A stretch of DNA of 64,000 nucleotides from Bdellovibrionota bacterium (lineage in GTDB: Bacteria > Bdellovibrionota_G > JALEGL01 > JAGRMV01): positions 39,650-103,649 of the forward strand of contig JAWKOB010000003.1 of NCBI GenBank assembly GCA_041391405.1, read 5' to 3'. The notes under the pieces were generated by a model. The model worked only from the letters and a program-made list of their open reading frames with translations. It did not search any database and had not been told where the DNA came from. This document shows positions 19,117 to 28,793 of the stretch, piece after piece. The position numbers and the translations under genes are program-made. How positions within the stretch are numbered: the stretch's first letter is position 1; each line of letters begins with the position of its first letter.

Positions 19117-19199
19117 TTTCAATTGGTTATTATACTTTACACTGAGCAACATCTACGTATAATATCGTCGGAATAACTTCGCATTTGAAAGAGACATGA

Positions 19200-19817
19200 A
19201 TGAGCGACCAAAATCCAAAAGTAGAGATCGAAATTGATCCATCCCTGATGGATGAAGCTGTGGATGCAATCAGCGATTCAAAATCCAAAGAGCGCACCAA
19301 AGAATCGAAACTCAGCGAAGATCAAAAGGAAAAAATTCAGACTGAGCCAAACGCGGATGAATATCGCGATCGTTGGATTCGCGTTACAGCCGATTTCGAC
19401 AATTTTCGCAAACGTGTTCAAAAAGAAAAAGCCGACATGATCAAGTACGGCAACGAAAATTTAATCAAGGAACTGTTGCCCGTCCTGGATAACTTCGAGA
19501 GAGCCATGGCTGCGCCAAATTCTGGGAATGATTCATTCGCGCAGGGCGTTCAGATGATTTATCAGCAACTTTTGATGATGCTTGAACGGTTCGGTGTTAC
19601 TTCCGAATCGGCCAAAGGCAAAATCTTTGATCCCAATCTTCATGAAGCTATGAGTTACAAAGAAGATTCCAGCGTAGAGCCACATACTGTTTTGGAAGAG
19701 CACCAAAAAATGTACTTTCTGAACAAAAAACTGATTCGTCCTGCTTTGGTGACGGTTTCAAAAGGAGATGGCGCTCCGGACAGCAACGATGACGAGCCTT
19801 CGGAAGAGGGAAATTAA
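19200..19817 (+). CDS. grpE: nucleotide exchange factor GrpE
   Basis: 205 aa. RVTADFDNFRKR motif and a GrpE C-terminal beta domain. Lies directly upstream of dnaK. Confidence 0.9.
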   Translation: MSDQNPKVEIEIDPSLMDEAVDAISDSKSKERTKESKLSEDQKEKIQTEPNADEYRDRWIRVTADFDNFRKRVQKEKADMIKYGNENLIKELLPVLDNFERAMAAPNSGNDSFAQGVQMIYQQLLMMLERFGVTSESAKGKIFDPNLHEAMSYKEDSSVEPHTVLEEHQKMYFLNKKLIRPALVTVSKGDGAPDSNDDEPSEEGN

Positions 19818-19882
19818 ATCGATCAATTCGTCGGCAAAACATTGCAAATCTGATAAAAAATGAAGGGAATTTTTGAGGTAAT

Positions 19883-21690
19883 ATGGGAAAAATTGTCGGA
19901 ATAGATTTGGGAACCATGAACTCTTGCGTCGCCATTCTTGAGAATGGAGAACCAATCGTCATCCCCAACGCGGAAGGCTCACGCACCACTCCTTCGATCG
20001 TGGCTTTCAATGACAATGGAGATCGCCTTCTCGGACAAGTGGCCAAACGACAGGCCATTACCAACCCAAAAAACACCTTCACAGCGATCAAGCGCTTGAT
20101 TGGTCGTAAATTCGATTCTGAAGAAGTGGCAAAATCCAAACAGCTTTACGCCTACGAAATCGTCGCATCAGCCAATCAAGATGCTTGGGTCACATACAAG
20201 GACAAACAACTCAGCCCTCCGGAAATTTCAGCGATTATTCTGCAGATGATGAAAGAAATCGGTGAAGAGTATTTGGGTTCCGAAGTAACGGATGCCGTCA
20301 TCACGGTTCCTGCCTATTTCGATGATAGTCAGCGCCAAGCGACCAAAGATGCAGGCAAAATCGCCGGTTTGAATGTCTTGCGTATCATCAACGAGCCTAC
20401 AGCAGCTGCACTTGCCTATGGTCTGAATAAGAAAAAAGCCGGCACCATCGCCGTATTCGACTTGGGTGGCGGTACATTCGACGTATCCATCCTCGAAATC
20501 AATGGGGACGTATTCAACGTCAAGGCGACCTGTGGAGATACCTTCCTCGGTGGTGAGGATTTCGATATCAAAATTGCCGAATGGTTGGTGGAAGATTACA
20601 AAAAGGAAACGGGCATTGATCTCCAACAAGATCGCATGGCGCTTCAACGTCTGCGCGAAGCGACTGAAAAAGCCAAGCACGAACTTTCATCCACTCTTGA
20701 AACCGAGATCAATCTTCCATTCATCGCTTCGGTCAATGGTGAACCGAAACACCTCACCAAAAAACTGACGCGCGCTCAACTTGAGATTCTCGTTGAACCT
20801 CTGCTTGAACGCTTGGTGGCACCTTGCCAAACAGCACTCAAAGATGCAGGCATCACAGTGAAGCAACTCAACGAATTGATTCTTGTCGGTGGTATGACAC
20901 GCATGCCTTGCGTGATTGAAAAAGGCCAAAGAAATTTTCCAAAAGAACCTGCAAAAGGCGTCAACCCTGATGAAGTCGTTGCCGTTGGCGCAGCCATTCA
21001 AGCCGGCGTGATCAAAGGCGATGTAAACGATGTTCTTCTTCTTGACGTGACCCCACTTTCCATCGGTATCGAAACGATGGGGGCATTTTCACCAAGCTCA
21101 TCTGAAAAAAACACAACCATTCCAACCCAAAAAAGCGAAGTATTCTCCACCACTATCGACAATCAAGACATGGTGCGTGTGCACGTTTTGCAGGGTGAAC
21201 GTGATCTGGCCAAAGACAACAAATCTCTGGCAGTGTTCGAACTTGTGGGCATCCCTCCAGCACCGCGTGGCATTCCACAAATTGAAGTTTCGTTTGAAAT
21301 CGATTCCAACGGTATCGTTTCGGTTTCAGCGAAAGATTTGGGCAGCGGCATGGAACAAAAAGTCCGCATCAACTCATCCAGTGGTTTGTCTGAAACAGAA
21401 ATCGAACGCATCGTCACTGAAGCAAAAACCAAACAAAACACCGATCAACAGATGAAGAAAGTGATCGAAGCCAAAAATGAATTGGAAGGCTTACTCTATT
21501 CGACAGAGAAATCTTTCGAAATCATTCGCGACAAGCTGGAGAAAAATGATCGAGACCTTCTGGAAGGCGCGATCAACAATGCTCACAAAGTCTTGCTTCA
21601 ATCTGAAAGTGAAGAGGAAGTCAAACAAGCAGTATCTCTCCTCAACAGTTCTTCCCACAGAATCGCGGAGATATTATGGAAACGTTACGT
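19883..21690 (+). CDS. dnaK: molecular chaperone DnaK (3' end unresolved; as assembled it runs in frame into the next gene)
   Basis: [26 protein letters not shown], and SBD and lid helices up to ...HRIAEIL (~aa 597). There is no stop codon before 23644. Contains two short garbled stretches (see findings). Confidence 0.9.
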
Positions 21691-23644
21691 AAATTTTCAA
21701 CTGTCGCTGTGCTTGTCACAGCTCTTTCCCTCGGCCTGTATGAAATCAGGCGTTGGATCTCTTCAAAACCAAGCTTCCGAAAAGGTTCAACAACAAGCTT
21801 TGGCCGAATTCAAAGCCACTGAAGTCATTTTTCAACAAGGAAAAATGGCGCAAGCGTTGGCTCAATATCAATACATAGCCAAAAAGTATTACAATACAAC
21901 CTCCGCTGACAATGCGCTTTTGAGAGTCGCTCAAATTTATAAGCGTGAAAAAAATCTTTCCCAGTCCGAAGCAACGCTTCGTCGCCTGGTCACACAGTAT
22001 CCCGATTCCGACATTCGTCCACAAGCTGTTCGCGAACTCGTGGCCATCAACATTCAACAAAACAAATGCGAAGATGCGCTGAGCTTCATGGCCGAAATTG
22101 AACTCAAAAAACTCACCGCCAAAGAACAAAGCACGCTGAACAGCGCGGCCAACACCTGCATTCAAAAAACCAAACGCGAAGATCTGGCATTTTTGTGGAA
22201 CATCAATCGCTCGGACATCAATCCTGAACTTCAAGGTTCCATTCGCGACAAAGTCATGACGATGACCGATAAATCATTATTGGAACGTATCATCTCCGTC
22301 AGAAAATCGGCGTTCCCGGCCCAGGAAGCCGCCATTCAAAGATACAATTTGTCCAAAGAAGCCAACGAAGCTGACACAAAAAAATGGGTGCTTTACATTG
22401 TGGAGCATTTTCCAACCAGCGAATTGGCTCAAGAACTTCGCACACAGGTCAGTGAACCCGTTCAATTTACCAACAGCACTGGAAGTTACAAAATTGGCGT
22501 TTTGTTGCCTCTGACAGGTGATCAACAAGTGTACGGAAATCAGGTCCTCAATGGCATCAAAACAGCTGTTGAAATCGCCAAGCAATCTAGCCCGAATCAA
22601 GCCATTCAACTTGTTGTGGAAGACATCGGAGCTGGTGGAGAAATAGCCAAACAGGCCATGCAGCGCTTGCTTGTCGAGCACCAAATTATTGCTGCCATTG
22701 GCCCACTGTCATCCAAGGATACAGAATCCGTGGCAACCCTGGCGCAAGACAACAACCTGCCGCTGATCACCTTCAGTCCCGCAGAAAACACAACTTCGTT
22801 TGGATCCACAGTTTTCAGAAACAGCATCACAAGAAGCGAACAAGCCAATATTCTTTCCTCCCTTTTGACAGATGTGATGAATATTCGTCGCACAGCCATT
22901 CTGTATCCGAACACCTCTTATGGAAAAGAATTCATGGAGCTTTTTTGGAATGAATACAGCAAAAAAGGCGGTGAAATCAGAGGCGCAGAGGAATACGATC
23001 GCTCGACATCAGATTTTGAAATGCCGATCAAAAAATTGGTTGGATTGAACAAAAAGGAACTCCGCAAAAATGAAATCTGCACCAAGATTCAGGCTGACAA
23101 ATGGGTGGAAATGAAAAAAGCAGGAGGCCCGCTGCCGAATTGCTTTCCTATGGATGAACTCCCACCGATTTTGGATTTCGAAGCGATTTTCATTCCAGAC
23201 AGCTTTGACAAAGCTCGTCAGATTTTGCCGACACTTCTGTTCTACGAGGTCAAAGGCGTTCAAGTTCTTGGAACCAACCTTTGGAATACCGATGAACTTC
23301 TTTCCGGATCCATCGGCGGTGAAATCGAAGGCTCTATTTTTCTAGATGGATTTGTAAAAAATAAGGCCACACCTGAAGTCACGAGCTTTATGCAAAAATA
23401 CTATGAGCTCAACAACGCTGAACCTGGAATTCTCGAAGCCCAAGGCTATGATTCTGCCATGGCGTTACTGCATGTAATTCAGAAAAAATCTCCAAATTCG
23501 CGTGATTCCATGTTGAAAAATCTTTCCAAACTTGGCGACTACAAAGGTGTCACGGGCCTTAAAGGGTTCAATGGAAAGCGTGAACCCAACCGATCGATCA
23601 CAACTCTCATTGTTGATCAAAATCGAATTGTTGAATTGAAATAA
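21676..23644 (+). CDS. TPR + type-1 periplasmic-binding-fold lipoprotein (LivK/LpoA-like architecture); 5' end frameshifted
   Basis: The ATG at 21676 in another frame encodes the signal peptide [21 protein letters not shown]. The main frame then gives ...SACMKSG, TPR-like helices and a PBP1 domain ([29 protein letters not shown]). Confidence 0.6.
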
Positions 23645-23652
23645 CAATATTT

Positions 23653-25065
23653 TTAAAAAAACGATTCGCCGTCGATATTCGATGGCGCTTCCAACCCCAT
23701 CAGCTTGAGCATGGTTGGGAATACATTCACTGTTCTTTTGGCAACGCTTGTATCCAATTTTTGATTGCACATGATTGGAACGAGCATGTGCTCACGATGA
23801 AGTGAACCATGGGACGAAAAGTGCTCTGGAATCTCGAATCGATCTCGAAGATCCCAGCCGATGCTTGCAGTGACGATCAAATCGCCTGCACGTGGTGAAT
23901 TCATGATTTGCCAAGACTGCATGATCGCATCTGGATAATTGCTATCAATGGTGGCATCAAAGTAGTCATTCTTGGAGTCTAGGCTTGAAGGAAATCCAAA
24001 TGGATCACCCTTGATAACCTGATACTTCAAACTACCCCTCTTGCCCCAAATTTCGGCAAGCCCGCGCTTGGATGAAACCACAACCGTCCCTGATGAGGAG
24101 CGGGAAATCAGGATATCCACAGCAGGTTGCTCAAGAAGTCGAGCAATCATATTGCGAGAAGCAAGTTCCTCGTAGTGCATCTGCTTGTCCCAGGTTTGAT
24201 TTTTGAAATACAAATGTGCCATGGAATTACCGGAAACCATGCATGCTGCATCATTGTTGCGTTTATGCACTTTGGGGTACACAAATGTTTTGAATCCCAT
24301 CTGCTCAACAAAATCACAAAGTTCAAAATGCTTCGTTGTCGTGGAAAGACCGTGATCGGCGCTGGCCATGATCAGCGTATCTTCATACATGTTCCTATCT
24401 TTCAAGGTTTGAACAATTTTCGCCACGGATTGATCGACTTGAATATAAGATTCAATCGTTTGATTCGAAAATGGAGTCGACAAATGCGCGGCTTCATCCA
24501 CTCCCAAAAATGTGATGAAAGAAAACTGAACGTCTTTCTTTCGCAGAATTTTACGGGCCAGATAAGAACAAAAATCATCCACCATTTTCCATTTGTGAGA
24601 GAGCTTGGCGACAAAAATCATGAGCGTTGAAACCATCTTCATCGGCTCGGCTTCTTTGGTCACACCTTTGTTGGCCAGATTGTGAATCGAAAGATGGTTC
24701 GGAAAAAATTCAAAAATCGTTTTGATATCTTGATTTAAGTCTTTGTTGAAGAAAAAGCTTTCATATCCAACATAGCTGCGCGTGCCCTGCTTGTTCCAAT
24801 TACCTTCCAGGAAATGTTCACGATCAACCCATCGAATTCCCGGAACATTGCAAGTTCCAGGATAACATCCTGTAACCATCGGCAGATAAGCCGGGCCTGT
24901 AGTGGACGGAAACACGGTTGTTCCGTTCCAGAATGTTCCTTCATCGACGAAGAGTTTTTTCAAATTCGGAAGTTTTCCCTCCCCTATCAATTGACGAAGG
25001 ACATCCGGACGAAATCCATCCATCAAAAAAAAGACGGCCCGATTGAATTTTTTTCCGCTGTTCAC
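23653..25065 (-). CDS. alkaline-phosphatase-superfamily nucleotide pyrophosphatase/phosphodiesterase (NPP type)
   Basis: 470 aa. FFLMDGFRPD metal site, FPSTTGPAY nucleophile region, and SADHG, HG..H motifs. Confidence 0.8.
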   Translation of the reverse strand: MNSGKKFNRAVFFLMDGFRPDVLRQLIGEGKLPNLKKLFVDEGTFWNGTTVFPSTTGPAYLPMVTGCYPGTCNVPGIRWVDREHFLEGNWNKQGTRSYVGYESFFFNKDLNQDIKTIFEFFPNHLSIHNLANKGVTKEAEPMKMVSTLMIFVAKLSHKWKMVDDFCSYLARKILRKKDVQFSFITFLGVDEAAHLSTPFSNQTIESYIQVDQSVAKIVQTLKDRNMYEDTLIMASADHGLSTTTKHFELCDFVEQMGFKTFVYPKVHKRNNDAACMVSGNSMAHLYFKNQTWDKQMHYEELASRNMIARLLEQPAVDILISRSSSGTVVVSSKRGLAEIWGKRGSLKYQVIKGDPFGFPSSLDSKNDYFDATIDSNYPDAIMQSWQIMNSPRAGDLIVTASIGWDLRDRFEIPEHFSSHGSLHREHMLVPIMCNQKLDTSVAKRTVNVFPTMLKLMGLEAPSNIDGESFF

Positions 25066-25068
25066 GAA

Positions 25069-25827
25069 TTAGATGTTCACGTTGGTATCAGAAGGACTTT
25101 CTTTGACCTTCTTGCGCATGATGTCCAGCAAACCATCGACTTTATTTTTCGCGATAATTTGATTGAACTGACTTTGATAATTTCTCACCAGATTCACTTG
25201 ATCAAAAATGATGTTGTAGATCATCCACTTGCTGCCGACTTTGTGAAGTTCATAGACAATTTCTACATCCACGTCTTCTTTATAGATTTTGCAACCCACA
25301 CGCGCAGTTTCCCCAGTGACTTTTTCATCGCCGTAGCTGACTTCATAATTTCCCACCAGATTCTTCGATCGGCTTAAATAGGATCTTTCGATCAAACTCG
25401 TAAAGAGCGTCACGAATTCCTGTTGTTTGCGCGGTGTAAGTTGGCTCCAATTCGAACCCAGGCTCTGGCGCGATAGCCCTTCAAAATCGAAAAAATTTCT
25501 CACCTTGTCTGAAATTTGTCTGTCACGATTCTTGCCTTGCAACTTTGTATCGTCCTTGAGAGTTTGAAGTTGACCCGTATAGTTTTTGATTACTTCTTTG
25601 GGTGAATTCTTATCTACCGGAGCAGCCGGGATCACAGGAGCGGAAGGTGCTTCCACATTTGACGCTTCAGGTGCTGGAGTCGTGGTTTGTGGCGATTTTA
25701 CATCGGTTTCAAACGCCGAAATCACCGCTTTGTCTTTTTTATTCGCTTTTTTTCCATCCTGAACGGAAGCCTTGCCACCGCAAAATGCAAACGTCACAAC
25801 TGACAAAAGCAAAATTGATCTTTTCAT
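25069..25827 (-). CDS. mlaC: MlaC/Ttg2D-family phospholipid-binding periplasmic protein
   Basis: Signal MKRSILLLSVVTFAFC. FFDFEGLSRQSLGSNWSQLTPRKQQEFVTLFTSLIERSY is the typical MlaC core. ATGA overlap with the upstream gene (25824-25827). Confidence 0.75.
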   Translation of the reverse strand: MKRSILLLSVVTFAFCGGKASVQDGKKANKKDKAVISAFETDVKSPQTTTPAPEASNVEAPSAPVIPAAPVDKNSPKEVIKNYTGQLQTLKDDTKLQGKNRDRQISDKVRNFFDFEGLSRQSLGSNWSQLTPRKQQEFVTLFTSLIERSYLSRSKNLVGNYEVSYGDEKVTGETARVGCKIYKEDVDVEIVYELHKVGSKWMIYNIIFDQVNLVRNYQSQFNQIIAKNKVDGLLDIMRKKVKESPSDTNVNI

Positions 25828-26477
25828 ACTTTCTCCTTTAATGAATTCCAAACATAGCGAATACGGGCGAATGCAGATGCATTCGTTGCGATGGCCAATA
25901 TGCCCAAAACGATGATGAAAATATACTGCGGCGGAACAAGGTTTTTCTCATAGTAAAATGGAATCATCGATATTTGCAAAACTGAGCTCACCAATGCACC
26001 AAATCCCAACATAAAAAATCTTTCCGGTCGCTGCATGACTCCTACTTTGGCGACATCCACACCGATGTTGGAAGCTTTGGAGCGAACATACGAGACAAAA
26101 AACGACCCGCCGATGACGGCAATGCCAAGAATCAAAATCCATTGATTGCGATAATAATAACAAACACCCGCCAAAAGCAGAAAATCCTGATATCGATCCA
26201 TCACTGAATCAAGAAATTCTCCCTGTTTGGTCACGCGATTGGTATTACGTGCTACACGCCCATCCAAAATATCCAAACTTCCAATCAACAATGTGAGCCA
26301 CCCTGCGGACAGAAGATTTCCATGCGCATATAGATAGAGACATGGGAAACAAAGTGCAAAGGCACACAAGGTGATGGAATTGGGGTGCACTCCTGAGCGA
26401 ATCAAGGCATTTTCCAACGGGCCCATGACCCGACCAATCCACCATTGTCTGATTTCAGCATGTAACATTTGACCCAT
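25824..26477 (-). CDS. CDP-alcohol phosphatidyltransferase family protein
   Basis: 217 aa, multi-TM. Full signature D-x2-DG-x2-AR-x8-G-x3-D-x3-D (LDILDGRVARNTNRVTKQGEFLDSVMDRYQD). Confidence 0.8.
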   Translation of the reverse strand: MGQMLHAEIRQWWIGRVMGPLENALIRSGVHPNSITLCAFALCFPCLYLYAHGNLLSAGWLTLLIGSLDILDGRVARNTNRVTKQGEFLDSVMDRYQDFLLLAGVCYYYRNQWILILGIAVIGGSFFVSYVRSKASNIGVDVAKVGVMQRPERFFMLGFGALVSSVLQISMIPFYYEKNLVPPQYIFIIVLGILAIATNASAFARIRYVWNSLKEKV

Positions 26478-26541
26478 ACCTTAGCACATTGAATATAAAA
26501 ATCACGTCAAGGTTCTAGCAGGTTACGGGACTAATTTTGAC

Positions 26542-27990
26542 CTAGTATTGCAGAGAGGTGACTTCTTGACCTACAGCGTTGGAAAGGTCCGCAAGAGCCA
26601 TGAAATAATCGTTCATGGTTTGGATGTAATTGAATTTGACGGTTGAATATCCAACAAACGCTTCCAACAAATCTTTGGGTGGAGAAACTCCGACACCAAA
26701 GTTCAATGTGGTCGCTAAAACCCAGCTTCTTCCCGTTTTGAATCCCCGTTTGGCTGCGTCGACCGATTGCTGTTTGGAAACAGCGGTCGTGTGGGCTTTT
26801 CTGATTTCTAATTCAATGCCTTGCAGCGCTCGCTGCTGATCGGAAACGGCTTTGTCATATTGAGCCTTGGCTTGTCGATATTTGCTGTTGGTTAAATGAA
26901 AACTTAAATTTTGATTGAGCAACAAAAAACCGCCACCGGAATTCATATTAAAATTATCAACCAAGAACGGGTTCACAATGTCCGGACGATCCGGGGCCCA
27001 ACCATAACGGTAAAAACCTGCCAATCCAATGTTAGGGTAAAATCCTGCACGAACTGATTTCATGCCATATTCTCGTGCATCCACCATGTCCTGAAGTTGG
27101 GAAATCTCCGGACGTTTTTCTTTGGCGATTTGAATGTAGTTTTCGATTGGACCGATGACGGTTTTGTCCATCACCAGTCTCTGATCTGCAATGTCAATTT
27201 TTGCATCACGCGGAAGCCCCATCAATACTTTCAATGTCGAGATCAAAAATTCGATATTGTTGCTGACATCGATCATGCGTCGTTCAGTTTCAGCCTGGAA
27301 AAGATCCACACGCATCAAATCAATTTCAGTGACGTTGGAGCCTTTTTTCGAAATGAGTTTTTCAATATTGGTCCTGGCTTTTCCGGCTTGTGTTTGAAGC
27401 TCAGTCAAAAATTCACGAATGCTGTAGAGCGAAGTCAGCCCGATATAAGCTTTTTTCACTTGCTGTACGAGTTCATTTCGCGCTTTGACCACACCAACAT
27501 CTTTTGCTTCCACACCTTGAAGTGCTGCGCGACGAAGATTTTTAATTTTACCAAAGGTGTAAATGGGCTGAAAACCCTCGACACGAATTTGAGAAAACGG
27601 ACCCAAATCCGAAATATTTGTATTCACCGGAGGAAAGTTACTTTCCGGTCCAGACCCTGGAGGAATATCCGGCACCACACCACCCGCAACGTTCAACTCC
27701 AACTTAGGTAGAAACCTCGCATTGTTTGCTTCACTGAGTTGAGCTTCGGAAATTTCTTTGTCATATCTCGCCGAATCCATGGACGGAGAAATCGTCAATG
27801 CCTGATTGATGGCCTGAGATAAGTTATAGACAGTAACGCCTTCTTTGTTTTCAAGTTTCAGCGGAGCTTCGTCGTCGATGGAATCGGACTGCGACGGATT
27901 GATTTTGGGCTTTGTCTCCGTATTTTGGGCAAACGTCGTCGAAGATAAAAGCATTAGCGACAGCGCTGTGTGAAAAAGCGTTTTTTTCAT
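26542..27990 (-). CDS. TolC-family outer-membrane efflux protein
   Basis: 482 aa. Signal peptide ...STTFA/QN and two OEP repeats with the typical coiled-coil/beta pattern. Confidence 0.8.
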   Translation of the reverse strand: MKKTLFHTALSLMLLSSTTFAQNTETKPKINPSQSDSIDDEAPLKLENKEGVTVYNLSQAINQALTISPSMDSARYDKEISEAQLSEANNARFLPKLELNVAGGVVPDIPPGSGPESNFPPVNTNISDLGPFSQIRVEGFQPIYTFGKIKNLRRAALQGVEAKDVGVVKARNELVQQVKKAYIGLTSLYSIREFLTELQTQAGKARTNIEKLISKKGSNVTEIDLMRVDLFQAETERRMIDVSNNIEFLISTLKVLMGLPRDAKIDIADQRLVMDKTVIGPIENYIQIAKEKRPEISQLQDMVDAREYGMKSVRAGFYPNIGLAGFYRYGWAPDRPDIVNPFLVDNFNMNSGGGFLLLNQNLSFHLTNSKYRQAKAQYDKAVSDQQRALQGIELEIRKAHTTAVSKQQSVDAAKRGFKTGRSWVLATTLNFGVGVSPPKDLLEAFVGYSTVKFNYIQTMNDYFMALADLSNAVGQEVTSLQY

Positions 27991-28025
27991 GCAATCGTTT
28001 TAAAAGGGTTGTAAAGACATACAAG

Positions 28026-28568
28026 ATGTTACCTTCAAACGCAAAAAAAAGCCCGGAAAGATTGGGTTTTACTGCGCTTGAAGTCCTTTCATTGATCATC
28101 CTTATTTGCATGATGGTGGGGGCTCTTTTCATTTGGTATTCCAATCAAAAATTGAAGTCCAAAGCCGCCGAAGCGCAAATCAATCTCAAACTTATTTTCG
28201 ATGCTGAGATGGCCTATTACGAATCAAGTCAGCCGCAACGCAACTCGGATAGCTTCAAAAATTTTTCCAACACCAAACAGTTTCTTCCACTTTCACCGCA
28301 ACCAGCAACACCAGGACCCAAACAACAGGTGGGAAACTTTTCAAGTGGCGATTGGTCTCTTTTGCAGATTTCAATTCCGGCACCGGTTTATTTTTCCTAC
28401 TCTGTCGAGACAGCTGGATTCGGCGAAGAGGCTACTTTCACGGCCATTGCCAAAGGTGACTTGGATGGTGACCAACGTTTTTCAAGATGGGAAATGCTCG
28501 GCAGCATCGATGTTGATGGTAAGCCCCTGGGAGCGAATATCGTTTACTCCCTTGACCCGTTGGAATAG
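28026..28568 (+). CDS. type IV pilin-like / pseudopilin protein
   Basis: Start at ATG 28026: MLPSNAKKSPERLG/FTALEVLSLIILICMMVGALFIW. This is a prepilin cleavage/methylation motif with Glu at +5. Variable C-terminal domain. Confidence 0.6.
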   Translation: MLPSNAKKSPERLGFTALEVLSLIILICMMVGALFIWYSNQKLKSKAAEAQINLKLIFDAEMAYYESSQPQRNSDSFKNFSNTKQFLPLSPQPATPGPKQQVGNFSSGDWSLLQISIPAPVYFSYSVETAGFGEEATFTAIAKGDLDGDQRFSRWEMLGSIDVDGKPLGANIVYSLDPLE

Positions 28569-28592
28569 CCACCAAATAAATCCAAACCAGTT

Positions 28593-28793
28593 TTACTTTT
28601 TCTTTGTTTTGTTGCGTGTGGCTTTGGTGCTTGCTTTGAGTTTCGCAGGTTTTTTGGCCACAGGTTGTGTTTTTTTCGGTGAAATTTTGGCTTTCGGAGC
28701 AATCGCCGGTTCCAATTTGCTGTTGTTGATGACAGGCTCGTCCATTGGAGTTTCCACAACCACAGGCTTTTCATTCACGATTTGATCATCCAA
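28593..28793 (-). CDS. small lysine-rich (histone H1/AlgP-tail-like) ORF; coding status uncertain
   Basis: 66 aa ending ...ISPKKTQPVAKKPAKLKASTKATRNKTKKK. Overlaps the upstream stop by 19 nt; an internal ATG at 28745 avoids the overlap. Confidence 0.3.
   Translation of the reverse strand: MDDQIVNEKPVVVETPMDEPVINNSKLEPAIAPKAKISPKKTQPVAKKPAKLKASTKATRNKTKKK

Noticed and set aside
19117-19882. CIRCE (HrcA operator) or sigma-32 heat-shock promoter in front of grpE/dnaK
   Set aside because: No TTAGCACTC-N9-GAGTGCTAA inverted repeat, and no convincing CTTGAAA/CCCCAT pair, in either intergenic region. No hrcA gene is present in the window.
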